Part shown: in pieces, positions 11,301-22,774 of the stretch
Layout of the letters: every line of letters begins with the position of its first letter
How positions within the stretch are numbered: the stretch's first letter is position 1
Origin: Tetramitus jugosus
Lineage: Eukaryota; Protista; Heterolobosea
Assembly (NCBI GenBank): GCA_937625935.1
Contig: OW569390.1
Location: forward strand, 124,001-188,000
Reading direction: 5' to 3'
DNA: 64,000 nucleotides
Notes under the pieces: generated by a model
The model's database searches: none
Told to the model about the DNA's origin: nothing
What the model saw: only the letters and a program-made list of their open reading frames with translations
Position numbers and translations under genes: made by a program

Positions 11301-13283
11301 TTATCACTTGATCAGTTGTTGGCCATGATTAATCCATTTGTTGAGAGATTACAGTCTCAAGAGCTCATCCAAAACAATTTTATCAAAGTAGCAGGTCACA
11401 TATCCGAGCACAAATTGTTGTTGGATGTGATTGACGAACCACAAATGGATCATCATCTCAATGATTCTGAACTATTGTGTTTGAAGATAATAATTATTAC
11501 GAGATACATCTTTTCCGTGTATCAGCAACTGCATCCATGGAAGTCTGGAATTATTCCTGACGACTCAGACATTTGTAGCTCGAGAGTTATTCGACCTATG
11601 GCAAAGTACATTGAAGAGCAGCGCTTTCAAAAAATAGTTGGGAAAACAAGCTCGAGCTCTGTCATTAGTTCATTTAGAACCAAGTGTGTTCAACTAACGT
11701 TTAATTTATTCAACAAGTATAGATTTGTGGAGGAGAAGGGACAGTCGAAAGCTCTTTCGCAAATACTCTTGTATATATTTGGAGAGGACCTACCAACGTC
11801 GATCAACGCAGCCAGAAGCACGACGAAGAGGAAAGAAGGGAGAGTACAAACATCTTACTCCTTCCGCGATCTTATTGTGTATTTTTGTCTTCACTTGGAT
11901 AAAGAGACCAAGATTGGTTGTACGCGCGACCATTTTAGTTCGTGTATTAAGACCATGTCTGCTTTGGCCAGTGTTTATCCTCCAACAAAGGAACTGTCAT
12001 CTACCACTTCTGCGATTCCACTGGTCAACCACATCACAACCAAGAGGTCCCAAACTATCCACAAGGCATGCAAGATCTTAGAAAGGATTCTTACGCAGTA
12101 CATATTAACGCACTCCACACTAGTGAAATTGTCTCTCACGTTTATGTTAACATTCTCTCAAACAGAGAGATCACTTCAGAGATGTGAGCAGATCATCTCA
12201 ACATGCTATGATAAGTACCATGGGGTTGCGTACGATGAAAACAAGGACTACATGAACATATGCGAAAAAGACAAGTGTGCAGTGGAATCAATTCTTTGTG
12301 TCATGTCGTACATTGAATCATTGCTTACATCCAACTCGAAAGATGATCTGGATATTGTGGATGGAAATCAAACGGAACCATTGGTTACTAATTCTTCGAC
12401 AGACAAGAACATGGAAAATATTGATAATATAGTGTCATCAATCGAGCGCATCATAGTTATGGTATTCGAAGATGAGAAAACAAGAAAAGTGTTCTACACG
12501 AGCAAGATCTTCCATCAACTAGAGAAGAGAATTGAGAATCTTTTGAGCAGACTGTGCAAATATACTATTTCGAACTGTAAAGTGTTGCGGCAAGAGTTGG
12601 CTAGAGCTGCAAAGAAAGTGATAGAAGACGAACAGTCTACAGACTTACTAGCACTCCGAAATATCATACATTTCAGAACAGAAAATTATTATAGTATTTG
12701 TAGATTGCTGTCCAAAATGCAGTACTATAGAGGATCGATTTTAACAAGTGGCGAGAAGGAATCATTCTCTGACAAGTATGCCAGTCTGATCTCCCACTGT
12801 GAGAAACTATCATCAGAAATCAGAGCTCTTCACGACAAATTTAAGTCTGTCCAGTCTACGTTCACCCAAATTGAACTTCCCAACATACCTGTTCTGACAA
12901 AACTGGCCACCACAGAAATTGAGCTTCTCATTCAAGATGATACAACAGACGATGAAACAGACCCTAATCAAAGTGATAGTGAAGAACCAATAAGGAGGAC
13001 CAGTAGCGGAAAAGATGGTGCGACAAGATCAGATGAACAGGTGAAGATACGTCGCAAGCTCAAGAAACAACAACAATTGTCACTCAAGAGGAAACGTATC
13101 ATTGAAGACCGAATTGCGTTTGGTGAGCGAATTTCGAAGAAGCAAAAATCGAAGCAGTCACATCTCCGAAGCAGAAATCGATTCATTGATTTTAACTTGG
13201 GTTTCGAAGGAGATAGTACCTTGGATACTTATGCTGATTTAGAAGACTTTGTCGATGATACAACATGGGAGCCCAAGGAATAA
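8386..13283 (+). CDS. FANCI: Fanconi anemia group I protein homologue; exons 8386-9816, 9886-10008, 10068-13283
   Basis: two GTAAGT..CAG introns join three ORFs in frame; WHPKLFVVLLNIFVDI..DYVPLAKILL and DWLSYLP..LYIMLKKLIPKRSTNSRRLAIYGFTVLL resemble FANCI solenoid segments. Confidence 0.7.
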
Positions 13284-13409
13284 GTAGTGCGTATCTTATA
13301 AATCACACCTCACCAACACTGGTTGGATTACAACTAATTCTCCATAAACTTTCAGACAACACAAGAAAACAAAAAACGCGTTCTCTCATTACCCATTCGT
13401 TCAGTCATC

Positions 13410-14947
13410 ATGTTTCGAGATATGAAAAAGAATAATACGAAGCTACCTCCTCGGTCAACGCTGTACAAAGCTAACCTGAAAGAATTAGTGGATCACAGCA
13501 TGGAAGAATCCGAAAACAAGAAATATATGGCTGTGTTAGATGCGAGTGGACGAGAGGTTCGGAGTCTTTCTCGAATGAGGAATTTGAAGAAGGAAGACAG
13601 TACTATCGAATTATTCAAGTTAAATGAACAGGTGATAGAGAGCGATAATCTCAACTCGCCGAGATCACCCGATTTTTCACAACCAAATCTAATTCCATTT
13701 ACTCCATTTGATGAGAAAGATAAGTTACCACATGATGAAGAGCAACTCATCTTTGGTGAAACTCATGATGATGCCAGCGCACCGATTGAAGATGAATCAG
13801 ATACTTCTGCTCCTCGAAAGAGCACCACTGCTCATCTCACTGACAGAGTCCATGATCTAGTAGTTAAACTAGACTCGATGAAGGGCAATTTGGATCATTC
13901 TGTTACTGATCTGACCCTGAACTCTGCTCACTTGCATACTCAAATCGCTCAAAATCTAAAACATTGCGCCGAGCAGTACTTGGATAGTATCGTTCAAGAG
14001 ATCCATTATCTTGCTAAGAGTGAAATTCCTGAAATCTATCTCAAAAGCATTCCAAAGTTTGCAATTGCAAGCGAAGAGAATGTCGAACTTCATCGAACAC
14101 TAGTTAGTCTGAAAACATCTGCACAGAATGTCATCTTTCCTAACTCCCTGATCGAGAAGATCAAGTACGATATTCGAGATTTATTCAACAGGAAGTTCGA
14201 GAGCTTGAACACAGAGCTACAGACTGCTAATTCCAAGTTGGAAACATTTTATCACAACATTGGATCAAGTAGTGAGCAATTAGAAGAGATGTTGTTCGAG
14301 ATGAAAACGGAGATCCTTCTCTTGTTGGAAAGAGTGGAACGAGGTGAGATTCAAACAATGGAGCTCCGTGAGGAATTGGAAGCTCAGGAGATGCACATGA
14401 AAGAGAAAGAAGTAATGATGGATATCTTGAGGGATCAAGTCACGCGGAGAGATGATCTGTTGGACGAACAGAGAACATCCTTCCATCGAGAATTACTCTC
14501 ACTCAAGATGGCACTCATGGAGAGGTCCAACAGCCGAACAGAGAACTTTTACTTTGGAAGTGGTACTCAGTTCGAGCTCAACACCCAAATGAAACAGAGC
14601 CAAAAGGCAATGGAAGAGAAGCTAGAGAAGCATGTGGGTGAAATCAAGAAAAGCTTCTTGCGCGAGAAGCGCAATCTATTGTATGAAAAGAAGATTGCCC
14701 TCGAAGAAAAAGGTTTGTTCACTTCACGCTGCCGTTGACTTTTCACTGTACATCTACTGACTGATAACAATCCTCTCAAGCAGAAGCTATAATCAATGAT
14801 CTAAAGCGAAAATGCAGAAGATATGAGGAAAAGTTGGCTTCTCTCCACAGTGATGTGAGCTTCTCTGAATACAATCCTGCTCCAATACTCAACGACCAAA
14901 AGACCAATAGCACCAAAACAGAACCACTGCTCCCTTTGATCAGGTAG
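13410..14947 (+). CDS. hypothetical coiled-coil protein, probably one intron at about 14712-14783
   Basis: 442-aa ORF with heptad-rich C-terminal half; GT..CTGAC..CAG intron leads to a short terminal exon ending in TAG at 14947. Confidence 0.6.
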
Positions 14948-15208
14948 GCCTTCAATTTCTGACGACTGGATCCATACCATCACCTAGTCATCGGTAACAG
15001 TCACTTGTTAAAAATAGTTAACTGTTCGTCACAAGCCACAGCATTTGGTCTGACCAACGAAAACCACGTGCACAATCGAGATCAAAAAAAGATCACATTT
15101 TGCATCATCACCAGAGAGGAGTTTCTTTACAACAAAATTTCGAGGCAAAAAGCCAAATCAAAAAAAACAAAAAAAGCTTCAGCGCAACAAAACCATCAAA
15201 GATTTTCA

Positions 15209-18200
15209 ATGCTCATCAAATTCGAAACCAAGAGCAATCGAGTCAAGGGTCTCAGTTTTCATCCAAAGAGACCATGGATTCTAGCTAGTCTTCACACTGG
15301 AAGCATCCAATTGTGGGACTATAGAATGGGAACATTGATCGACACATATGATGAACATGATGGTACGTTGAATATAATCTGCTACACATATATGATGTTA
15401 TCATCACCTGATCATCTCCACCAAAATGATAATAACACTCGTTTTTTTTTCATTGTGTGATTTTTTTTCGATCCGTGAAATTGTAATAATCAGGTCCTGT
15501 GAGAGGTGTTGATTTCCACAGCACTCAACCACTGTTTGTATCCGGTGGTGATGACTATAAGATCAAAGTTTGGAATTACAAGCTGAGAAGATGTTTGTTT
15601 ACACTGGTGGGTCACTTGGACTATATTCGAACAGTAGAATTCCACAAGGAACAGGTGTGTAGTCGATTGTCTTCTTCTCATCCATTGTCGAAACTTTACA
15701 ATTTATTTTTTCTGATGCACCATCTGACTGAACAATTTTTTTTCCAATGTGATGATGATGATCAATATGATAGCCATGGATCGTGTCTGCTTCTGATGAT
15801 CAAACCATTCGTGTTTGGAATTGGCAATCAAGAACTCAAATTGCTGTGCTCCCTGGTCATAATCACTATGTCATGTCTGCGTCGTTCCATCCAAAACAAA
15901 ATTTGATTGTCTCTGCATCGTTAGATCAAACTGTGCGTGTCTGGGACATTTCTGGCTTGAAAAAGAGAGGTGTCTTGCCAAGTAGTAGTTCCGATGACTT
16001 TGGCTCCCGAGTGACCAATCAGTTGAGTCAAGATGTTTTTGGTTCGAGTGACGTCATGGTCAAGTACATTTTGGAGGGTCATGACAGAGGAGTCAACTGG
16101 GCATGTTTCCACCCAACATTGAATCTGATCATTTCTGCCGGTGATGACAAACAGGTTAAACTGTGGAAGATTAATGATACGAAGGCATGGGAGGTTGACA
16201 CCTATGGAGGTCACTTGAGCAATGTGTCATGCGCCATGTTCCACGCAAAGAAGGACTTGATTGTGAGTAACTCGGAAGACAAAACGATTCGATTCTATGA
16301 TTTGAACAACAACAAATATATTAAGAATTACAGAAGAGAGGGATGCAGATTCTGGATACTCGACGTACATCCAAATCAAAACTTGATTGCCGCTGGTCAC
16401 GACACTGGATTGATGGTGTTCAAATTGGAGCGTGAAAGACCTGCATACTATTCCATGAAGGCCAATGTTCTGTACATTAAGGATAAGTATTTGAGATTGT
16501 ATAACTTTAAGAAGAATAGTGACTCACCAGTTGCAGTCCTGAGAAGAAGCAACACTCGACCTGTGAGAACACTGTCCTTCAATCAACACGAAGGCTATGT
16601 CATTGTGACATCAGATCAAGACGGTGGTACATATGAATTGTTCAAGGTTCCAAAGGGTGGAGCAAGCGCAGACGTTGACGTTGCTACTCAAATTAGAAAG
16701 GGCAGAGCGATAGCAGCAGTCTTTTCGGGCATGAGAAAGTATGCCATTCTTGACAGAAGCAAGAAGATTTTTGTAACAAATGTTGACACTGAAGCAACAA
16801 AGGAAATTGTTGTCAAGGAGATTGGAACGCCTCGCTTCATTTTCGAATCCACTCCTGGCAGAATTCTGATTAAGAGTGACTCAAAGGTTTATCAATACGA
16901 CTTTGAACAACAAAAGATTATCAATGAAGTGAGCAACAATAATGTGAAATATGTTGTGTGGTCAGATGACCAAACCAGAGTTGCTCTGTTGAGCAAGCAT
17001 GTGATTACCATTTGTACGAGTGCTTTGAAGGTTCTGTGCTCTATCCATGAAACTATTCGTATTAAGAGCGGTGCGTTCGATGAAAATGGCGTCTTTATTT
17101 ACACTACTTTGAATCATATGAAGTACTGTTTGGTGAATGGAAATTCTGGAACGATCAAGACTTTGCCTCTGCCTATTTATATTGTCAAGGCAAGAACAAA
17201 CAATATTAGCTTTGTAGATAGAGAAGGTGAAGCTGGATGCATTACTATTGACTCCACCGAATACAAGTTCAAGCTTGCTCTTGCTGAAGGAAGAACGAAG
17301 GAAATTAGATCCATCATTGGTCAATCAAAGATTCTTGGTGATTCCATCATTGCCTATCTGCAACAAAAGGGTTATCCTGAGATTGCTATGAAATTCGTTC
17401 AAGACGACATTACCAAGTTTAATCTTGCTATCGAGTGTGGTGATATTGATGCCGCTATCAAGGCTGCTCAGAAGATTGAGAAGCAAGACGCTTGGCAAAA
17501 GCTTGGTGCTGAAGCTCTTAGACAAGGTAACATGGCTGTTGTCGAAAAGGCATATCAAAAAACCAAGGACTTTGAAAAGCTGTCATTCTTGTATTTGGTT
17601 ACTGGTAACATTCCAAACTTGAAGAAGATGCTCAAGATTGCCACCATGCGAGAGGATGTTAATTCCAGATTCCACAACGCTCTCTATCTAGGAGACGTGG
17701 AGGAACGTATTAGAATCTTACAAGAAGTTGGACATATCAATTTGGCCTACATTACCGCTGTTACACACGGACTAGCTGGCATCGCTGAGAATTTGAAGCA
17801 CAGCTTGGATCCTGACTTCAAGATGCCTAAGCTTCCTGACAATCCTCGCTTGATGATCCCTCCAATTCCAATCATTAAGGAATTCATGTGGCCTATGTCT
17901 CATACCACCGAACCTACTGGATACGACGAACAAGAAGAAGTTGTTGAGGAAGCAGAGCAAGAACAAGTTGAAGATGAAGCTTGGGGTGAGGACATTATTC
18001 AAGAGGAAGAAGAACAGAAGCCAAAATCAAGAAGAGAAGAAGTTGAAGAGGAAGAAGTTGACGATAGTCAATGGGGTGAAGGTATTGGTTTGGACGAAGA
18101 AATTGACACATCCGGTCTGGAAGTATCTGGTGGTTCATCCCAATTGCTTGATGCCACGCCGGGAAGAAGTCTTGCAGAACAATGGCCAGACAACTCTCAA

Positions 18201-19133
18201 CATCCAGCTGATCATGCTGCTGCAGGTTCCTTCAACACTGCCATGGATATTCTCTCCAAGGCATCCGGAATTGTTAACTTTACGCCACTGAAACCATACT
18301 TTATGGCTCTCTACACTGGCGCCAGTGTTGCTGTTACGTTGACACCTTCACTGCCTTCCATCATTCATTCATTGCAACGCACAAAGGCCGGACAGGATTC
18401 ATTGCCAGTATTGGCCAACTGTACTATTGAAGATTTGAACAGAAAACAGACACTTGCATTCAATGCCACCTCAAAGGCTCAATTGGAAGAAGCTATTGAT
18501 ATATTCCGCGACATTATGTACTCGTCTCTCTTTATGATTATTGAGAACAAGAATGCCGAGAGAGCTGTTGCCGAGATCATTCGAACATGCTCCGAGTATG
18601 TCGCTGCCCTACGGTTAGAAGTCACCAGAAGAGGCCTATCTGCAGATGACTCCTTGAGAGGTGCTGAGCTAGCAGCCTACTTTACTAGATGCAAGCTCCA
18701 AAACAAGCATTTAATGCTTGGTCTCAAATCTGCAATGACAACTGCATACAAGTTGGAAAACTTCCTGTATGCAGCAGGCTTTGCCAATCGTCTCCTCAAG
18801 ATGGATCCTCAGCCAAACCTAGCTAAGCAAGCAAAGGTCGTTCTCCAAGCAAAGGAAAAGAATCCAACGAACAAGCAGGAGATGAAATACGACGAGAGAA
18901 ATCCGTTCGTTGTTTGTAATATTTCCATGACTCCAATCTACGCTGGAAGCGACAAGATTCACTGCTCATTCTGTGGTGCTGCCTATCTGCCACAATACAA
19001 GAATGAAGTCTGTACAGTGTGTAGCATTGCCAAAATTGGTGCCAACGCCATTGGATTGTACAAGTTTGTTCAACAGTTCAAGACAGCAGACATGACTCAA
19101 TCATCTGGTAGCGGATGGGATGACGAAGAGTAA
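15209..19133 (+). CDS. COPA: coatomer subunit alpha; exons 15209-15362, 15494-15654, 15774-19133
   Basis: [29 protein letters not shown] start, WD40 repeats and COPI C-terminal domain; introns restore the frame. Confidence 0.97.
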
Positions 19134-19565
19134 ACAATAACCACTCCCATGACATAATAAATAAAAACTTTCAGCATGCAAATGAACGCGTTAGGTAACG
19201 ACATTCAAAAGCTCCGATCGCGGGTCATCCGCGCACCCATTTTGATGAAATTCCATGACCACGTCTGGACAAAGGGTGCGCGGGTGGACAATTTCCACGT
19301 GCTTCCTTGACTGGAGGAGCTCACTGTTCGAAAAGCTTCTGCAGCTTCCCTCCACACACTTCATGAGCTTTGTCAATCAAACCAACAACAACACCAACAA
19401 ACCCAAAACAACATCAACGATAACCAAGTCATTTATTCCTTGCTGTGTTTTTTTTCAAAAGAGACATTACTTGAGTGAAATATTCTACTCTCCCCCTTCC
19501 CATAACATTCAAAAAATACACTCATCGAATTTTCACAACCACAACCACAACAATCATTAGTAACC

Positions 19566-21083
19566 ATGATGCAAGAAGAAGATCAAACAACATCGACAAC
19601 AACAACGACATTTCCCATCTCAGTCAACAATAACACTAGTGATGATGATCAACCAACGATATCAACAACAACCATCAAATCATCTCCATCATTCTCCGAT
19701 CCATCCAAAGCAGGCATTATTCCAAGTCCTTCACTCTACCATGTCCCTTCATCACCATCACCCACCAATACAACAACACCAACAACAGAAAGTAACAATA
19801 ACAATAATTCACTTCATATTTATTCTGAAAATTCCATTGATCAACCCATTGAAAAAGTGACTGAAGCGATGATTCAGGAAGGAGAAGAAAAAGCTCTCAC
19901 ACTTTTTCAACGGTGCAAACAAGCTCTCATTTGGTTTTCAACAAGTCAACTTTTGTGTCATTCTTTGTTGTTGTTGGCTCAAGTTTTCTTTGGAGGTTTT
20001 GGTGTCATTGGTCCCATGTCCATTAAGCACTTTCCAAGTAGTGCACTCTTTGCTTGCTTGAGAACCGTAATTATGAGTTTGACAATTTTTCCGCTGGCGG
20101 TCATTTTTGATTGGCGCCATTCTTTCCGACACGAAAATTACAGTGAAAGAAATTCGATCAAACAACATTTTTTAGCAAAAATTCCGAGCGGAAAGGATGC
20201 TCTGTTGTTGGTTGTTCTGGGAACAAATTTGATTTGTAATTTGTTGACGTATATCATGGCTGTTGGATTGACCAATTATACAATTGTTGCAATCATACAG
20301 CCAGTGTCGACTGTTTTCACTTGTTTGTTGTCCATTTTGTTGAAGAGAGAAGGAAAATCAATTGTCAAGATTTTGGGTGTCATTTTGGCTGTGGTTGGAT
20401 CAGTGGCCATGCTTTTGATTATCACCTTTTTTGGTGATGGTTCTCCATCCTCTTCCTCCAATGTGGGTAGTGGGAGTGGAGCAACTGGAACAACTGCTTC
20501 TTCGTTTAATTATCGAAGTTTAGCAGGTGCGGGCATCTATCTGTTCAATACGTTTATTACGGCAACGTTTTTGATTACGCAGAGAGTGGCTCTGGATCGA
20601 AAGATTCCTCCATTGACTGTCACATCGTATTCGATGATTATTGCACAAATCTGGGGCATGATTATTGCTGCATTCTTGGTCAAGAACTTTAATCCTGTTG
20701 CAATTCCAAGGATTGGATGGATCGGTCTGGTTTATTCTGGTATTGTCATTGGTAGTATGAGTTTTGGCATGAGTTCATATGCTGCAAAGTTTACAAGTCC
20801 TACTGTCGTGTCTGTTTACAATACGACAGCACCAATCATCTCAACGATATTCCAATACGTGTTCCTGAGACAAACAACAACCATGTATGCTGTTGTTGGT
20901 GCCATGTTGATTACAGTTGGTGTGGTCATGGTCGGATATGCGAAACGAAAGGAAGAGATCAAACAACAGCAAGAAGAAGAATTGAAGGACAACCGATCGA
21001 CAGGCGATGAGAATCAAGATGAAGTTGAGCTTGAAGAAGAAAGTACTATCGCAAAAGATGAGGCAGTAGTGGAACAAGCATAA
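19566..21083 (+). CDS. EamA/DMT-superfamily transporter (WAT1-like)
   Basis: about 10 hydrophobic segments in two repeats; IIQPVSTVFTCLLSILLKRE..KILGVILAVVG; SPTVVSVYNTTAPI. Confidence 0.85.
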   Translation: MMQEEDQTTSTTTTTFPISVNNNTSDDDQPTISTTTIKSSPSFSDPSKAGIIPSPSLYHVPSSPSPTNTTTPTTESNNNNNSLHIYSENSIDQPIEKVTEAMIQEGEEKALTLFQRCKQALIWFSTSQLLCHSLLLLAQVFFGGFGVIGPMSIKHFPSSALFACLRTVIMSLTIFPLAVIFDWRHSFRHENYSERNSIKQHFLAKIPSGKDALLLVVLGTNLICNLLTYIMAVGLTNYTIVAIIQPVSTVFTCLLSILLKREGKSIVKILGVILAVVGSVAMLLIITFFGDGSPSSSSNVGSGSGATGTTASSFNYRSLAGAGIYLFNTFITATFLITQRVALDRKIPPLTVTSYSMIIAQIWGMIIAAFLVKNFNPVAIPRIGWIGLVYSGIVIGSMSFGMSSYAAKFTSPTVVSVYNTTAPIISTIFQYVFLRQTTTMYAVVGAMLITVGVVMVGYAKRKEEIKQQQEEELKDNRSTGDENQDEVELEEESTIAKDEAVVEQA

Positions 21084-21168
21084 ATAAAGGTTGATCAGTT
21101 TCGCAGATAAACTTTCTTTCGTTTCTCTCTGCAGTTCGTCAAACGAGCGACCCATAGAGCTTAAAATT

Positions 21169-21480
21169 GCACTTGGGACACGTCGTGTCCATATCTTCCA
21201 CCCCGTAGAGATGTTTGGCTTTTGACTTGTGCAACGAACCACTCAAGCTGTCTATCAACCCTAAAGTGCATTTCATAAAGGAGCAGTCTGTTGCACCTCC
21301 CAAACATGCCTTCTGAATCCACCACAACTTCGACCGATCTTCTGCTGCTGTTTTTCTATCACTTCAAAATTATCCTTGCACATCAGTATTGGTAGGGTTG
21401 CAGAACGATCGTGTGTGTCGTTGCATTGTAGGAGTTCAAGGTCCATGAGAATGTATCTCTTGCGCTCGACAATGGGCCAG
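21169..21480 (-). mobile_element. highly decayed family-B-like non-LTR retrotransposon fragment
   Basis: frameshifted translations WWIQKACLGGATDCSFMK / VDRQLEWFVAQVKS / KHLYGVEDMDTTCPKC match WWVQKAANYSGADFSFLK..VDRRLEWFQLQVRS..RGLYNPHNASIMCSWC in ORF 33387-34571. Confidence 0.65.
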
Positions 21481-21486
21481 AAAAAC

Positions 21487-21718
21487 TTTTTTTGTTTTAA
21501 TACAACCATTTCGGCTGCTCTGATTTTATTTTCTGATAATTTACACTGGATAACGCTCGAAGAGCGTTATCTCCTCTGTTACTTTTCATTTCTCACAATG
21601 ACGCTCGTAGAGCGTCATTGTTATGTGTCTTCCTTGTGGGAGATGAATAGGCGATGAAGGGTGTCGACGCACCTCCTCTTCACCCTGTTCACGAATGATT
21701 TTGCTTTCTTTTCCGCCA
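21487..21718 (-). mobile_element. family-B retrotransposon 3' fragment (ORF2 tail, 3' UTR, poly(A))
   Basis: encodes AEKKAKSFVNRVKRRCVDTLHRLF..stop (cf. AVKKARIYVNGVKRRCLTTLLHLF); same hairpins, AATAAA and ..GGTTGTATT-poly(A) end as 33246-33400. Confidence 0.9.
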
Positions 21719-22536
21719 TGAGCTATTGTGCAGGTCTCTTCGCTATCGGGTCTTTCCAGACTTTGTACATTCGTTTGATACAAGATCTTTTCATTGCATT
21801 TACCAATCTTTTCACTTTTGTTTCCCGCTTCTTGCGGCCATACACTACTATTTCCTTCATCAGTACCTCCTTCTGGTCCTCTTCTTTACCCATTAGTCCT
21901 GCCAGCAGCTCTTCCGATGTTCGACTGGGGATCCGAGGTAGCATTTTGCCATCATCGTACACCGCATTGTCAAACCAGAGATTGAGCTTGGCTGGTCTCA
22001 TAAACTCCAGTTTGTTCAATGAAACCTTGAATTCTTCCACTAGTTCGCTTCTTGCTCTTTTGGCTTCTTCACACTCCACCAAGAGGTGTAGTATCGTCTC
22101 CGGTTCGCTCTTGCAATGAGCACACATGGTCTCCATCAGTGGTTCATACAGGTCTCGTACTACAGTCTTTGTGTGCAGAGTGCCACTCCGGACTTGGTGA
22201 TAGAACCACAGCTCACCTCTTTCTAGACCGAAAGGGCACTTCAAGAACTCATTCCACTCCTTATCCTTCTGCAGTTCAGCTTCTAACTTCCAGTTTCCAT
22301 CTGATTTTACAGACTCAGCTCTTACTTGCGCAAAATGTTCCATCAAACCTTCTCTTACATTGGGATTGCTGAGAACACTGCCATCTGCCGTCACTTCTAC
22401 TGGCATCTTTCATTGCTCTCTGCTTCCTCCAACTTTCGTCACATGGTTTTCCAAGGAGCTCCATGTAGGCCTTTATCCTAGAGTACCTTGCAGGACCGAC
22501 TCCTTTCAGCTTGAACTTCTTCTTGGCCTCCTCCAG
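21719..22536 (-). mobile_element. 5'-truncated family-A retrotransposon (ORF2 C-terminus, frameshifted near 22410)
   Basis: translation closely matches ORF 36954-38180 (EWNEFLKCPFGLER.ELWFYHQVRSGTLHTKTV; CAHC..PETI.HLLV.C); homology stops about 44 bp upstream of tRNA-Ser. Confidence 0.92.
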
Positions 22537-22579
22537 TAATCAATTTTTGGGTAATGAGATAATTTCTTGAATACAACAA

Positions 22580-22661
22580 GCTCATTTGGCCGAGTGGTTA
22601 AGGCGGCGCACTGCTAATGCGTTGGGTTCATCCCGCGTAGGTTCGAATCCTACAGTGGGCG
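22580..22661 (+). tRNA. tRNA-Ser(GCT)
   Basis: cloverleaf GCTCATT/AGTGGGC; anticodon arm GCGCA-CTGCTAA-TGCGT; long variable arm; GTTCGAATC; T5 terminator follows. Confidence 0.96.
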
Positions 22662-22774
22662 ACTTTTTGGGTTATTCTTGTTTCTTTAGATTTTGGCAAT
22701 AGGCCCACCAAATTCTGGCGTATCATTCGGTTAATACAATGCGTCCTCATAAGATAAGATGATTTTATTTAATC

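Noticed and set aside
19227-19285. SECIS element or H/ACA snoRNA interpretation of the GC-rich hairpin
   Set aside because: The spacing between ATGA and GA is too short for a SECIS upper stem, and the ACA position leaves no room for a pseudouridylation pocket.
21549-21621. Paired palindromes resembling CRISPR repeats, REP elements or terminators
   Set aside because: There is no repeat-spacer array; they are retrotransposon 3' UTR hairpins found with poly(A) at three loci.
21468-22550. TSD for the tRNA-Ser composite insertion
   Set aside because: The flanks (..GGGCCAGAAAAAC vs ..CCAGTAATCAATTTTTGG) share only CCAG, which is not convincing.
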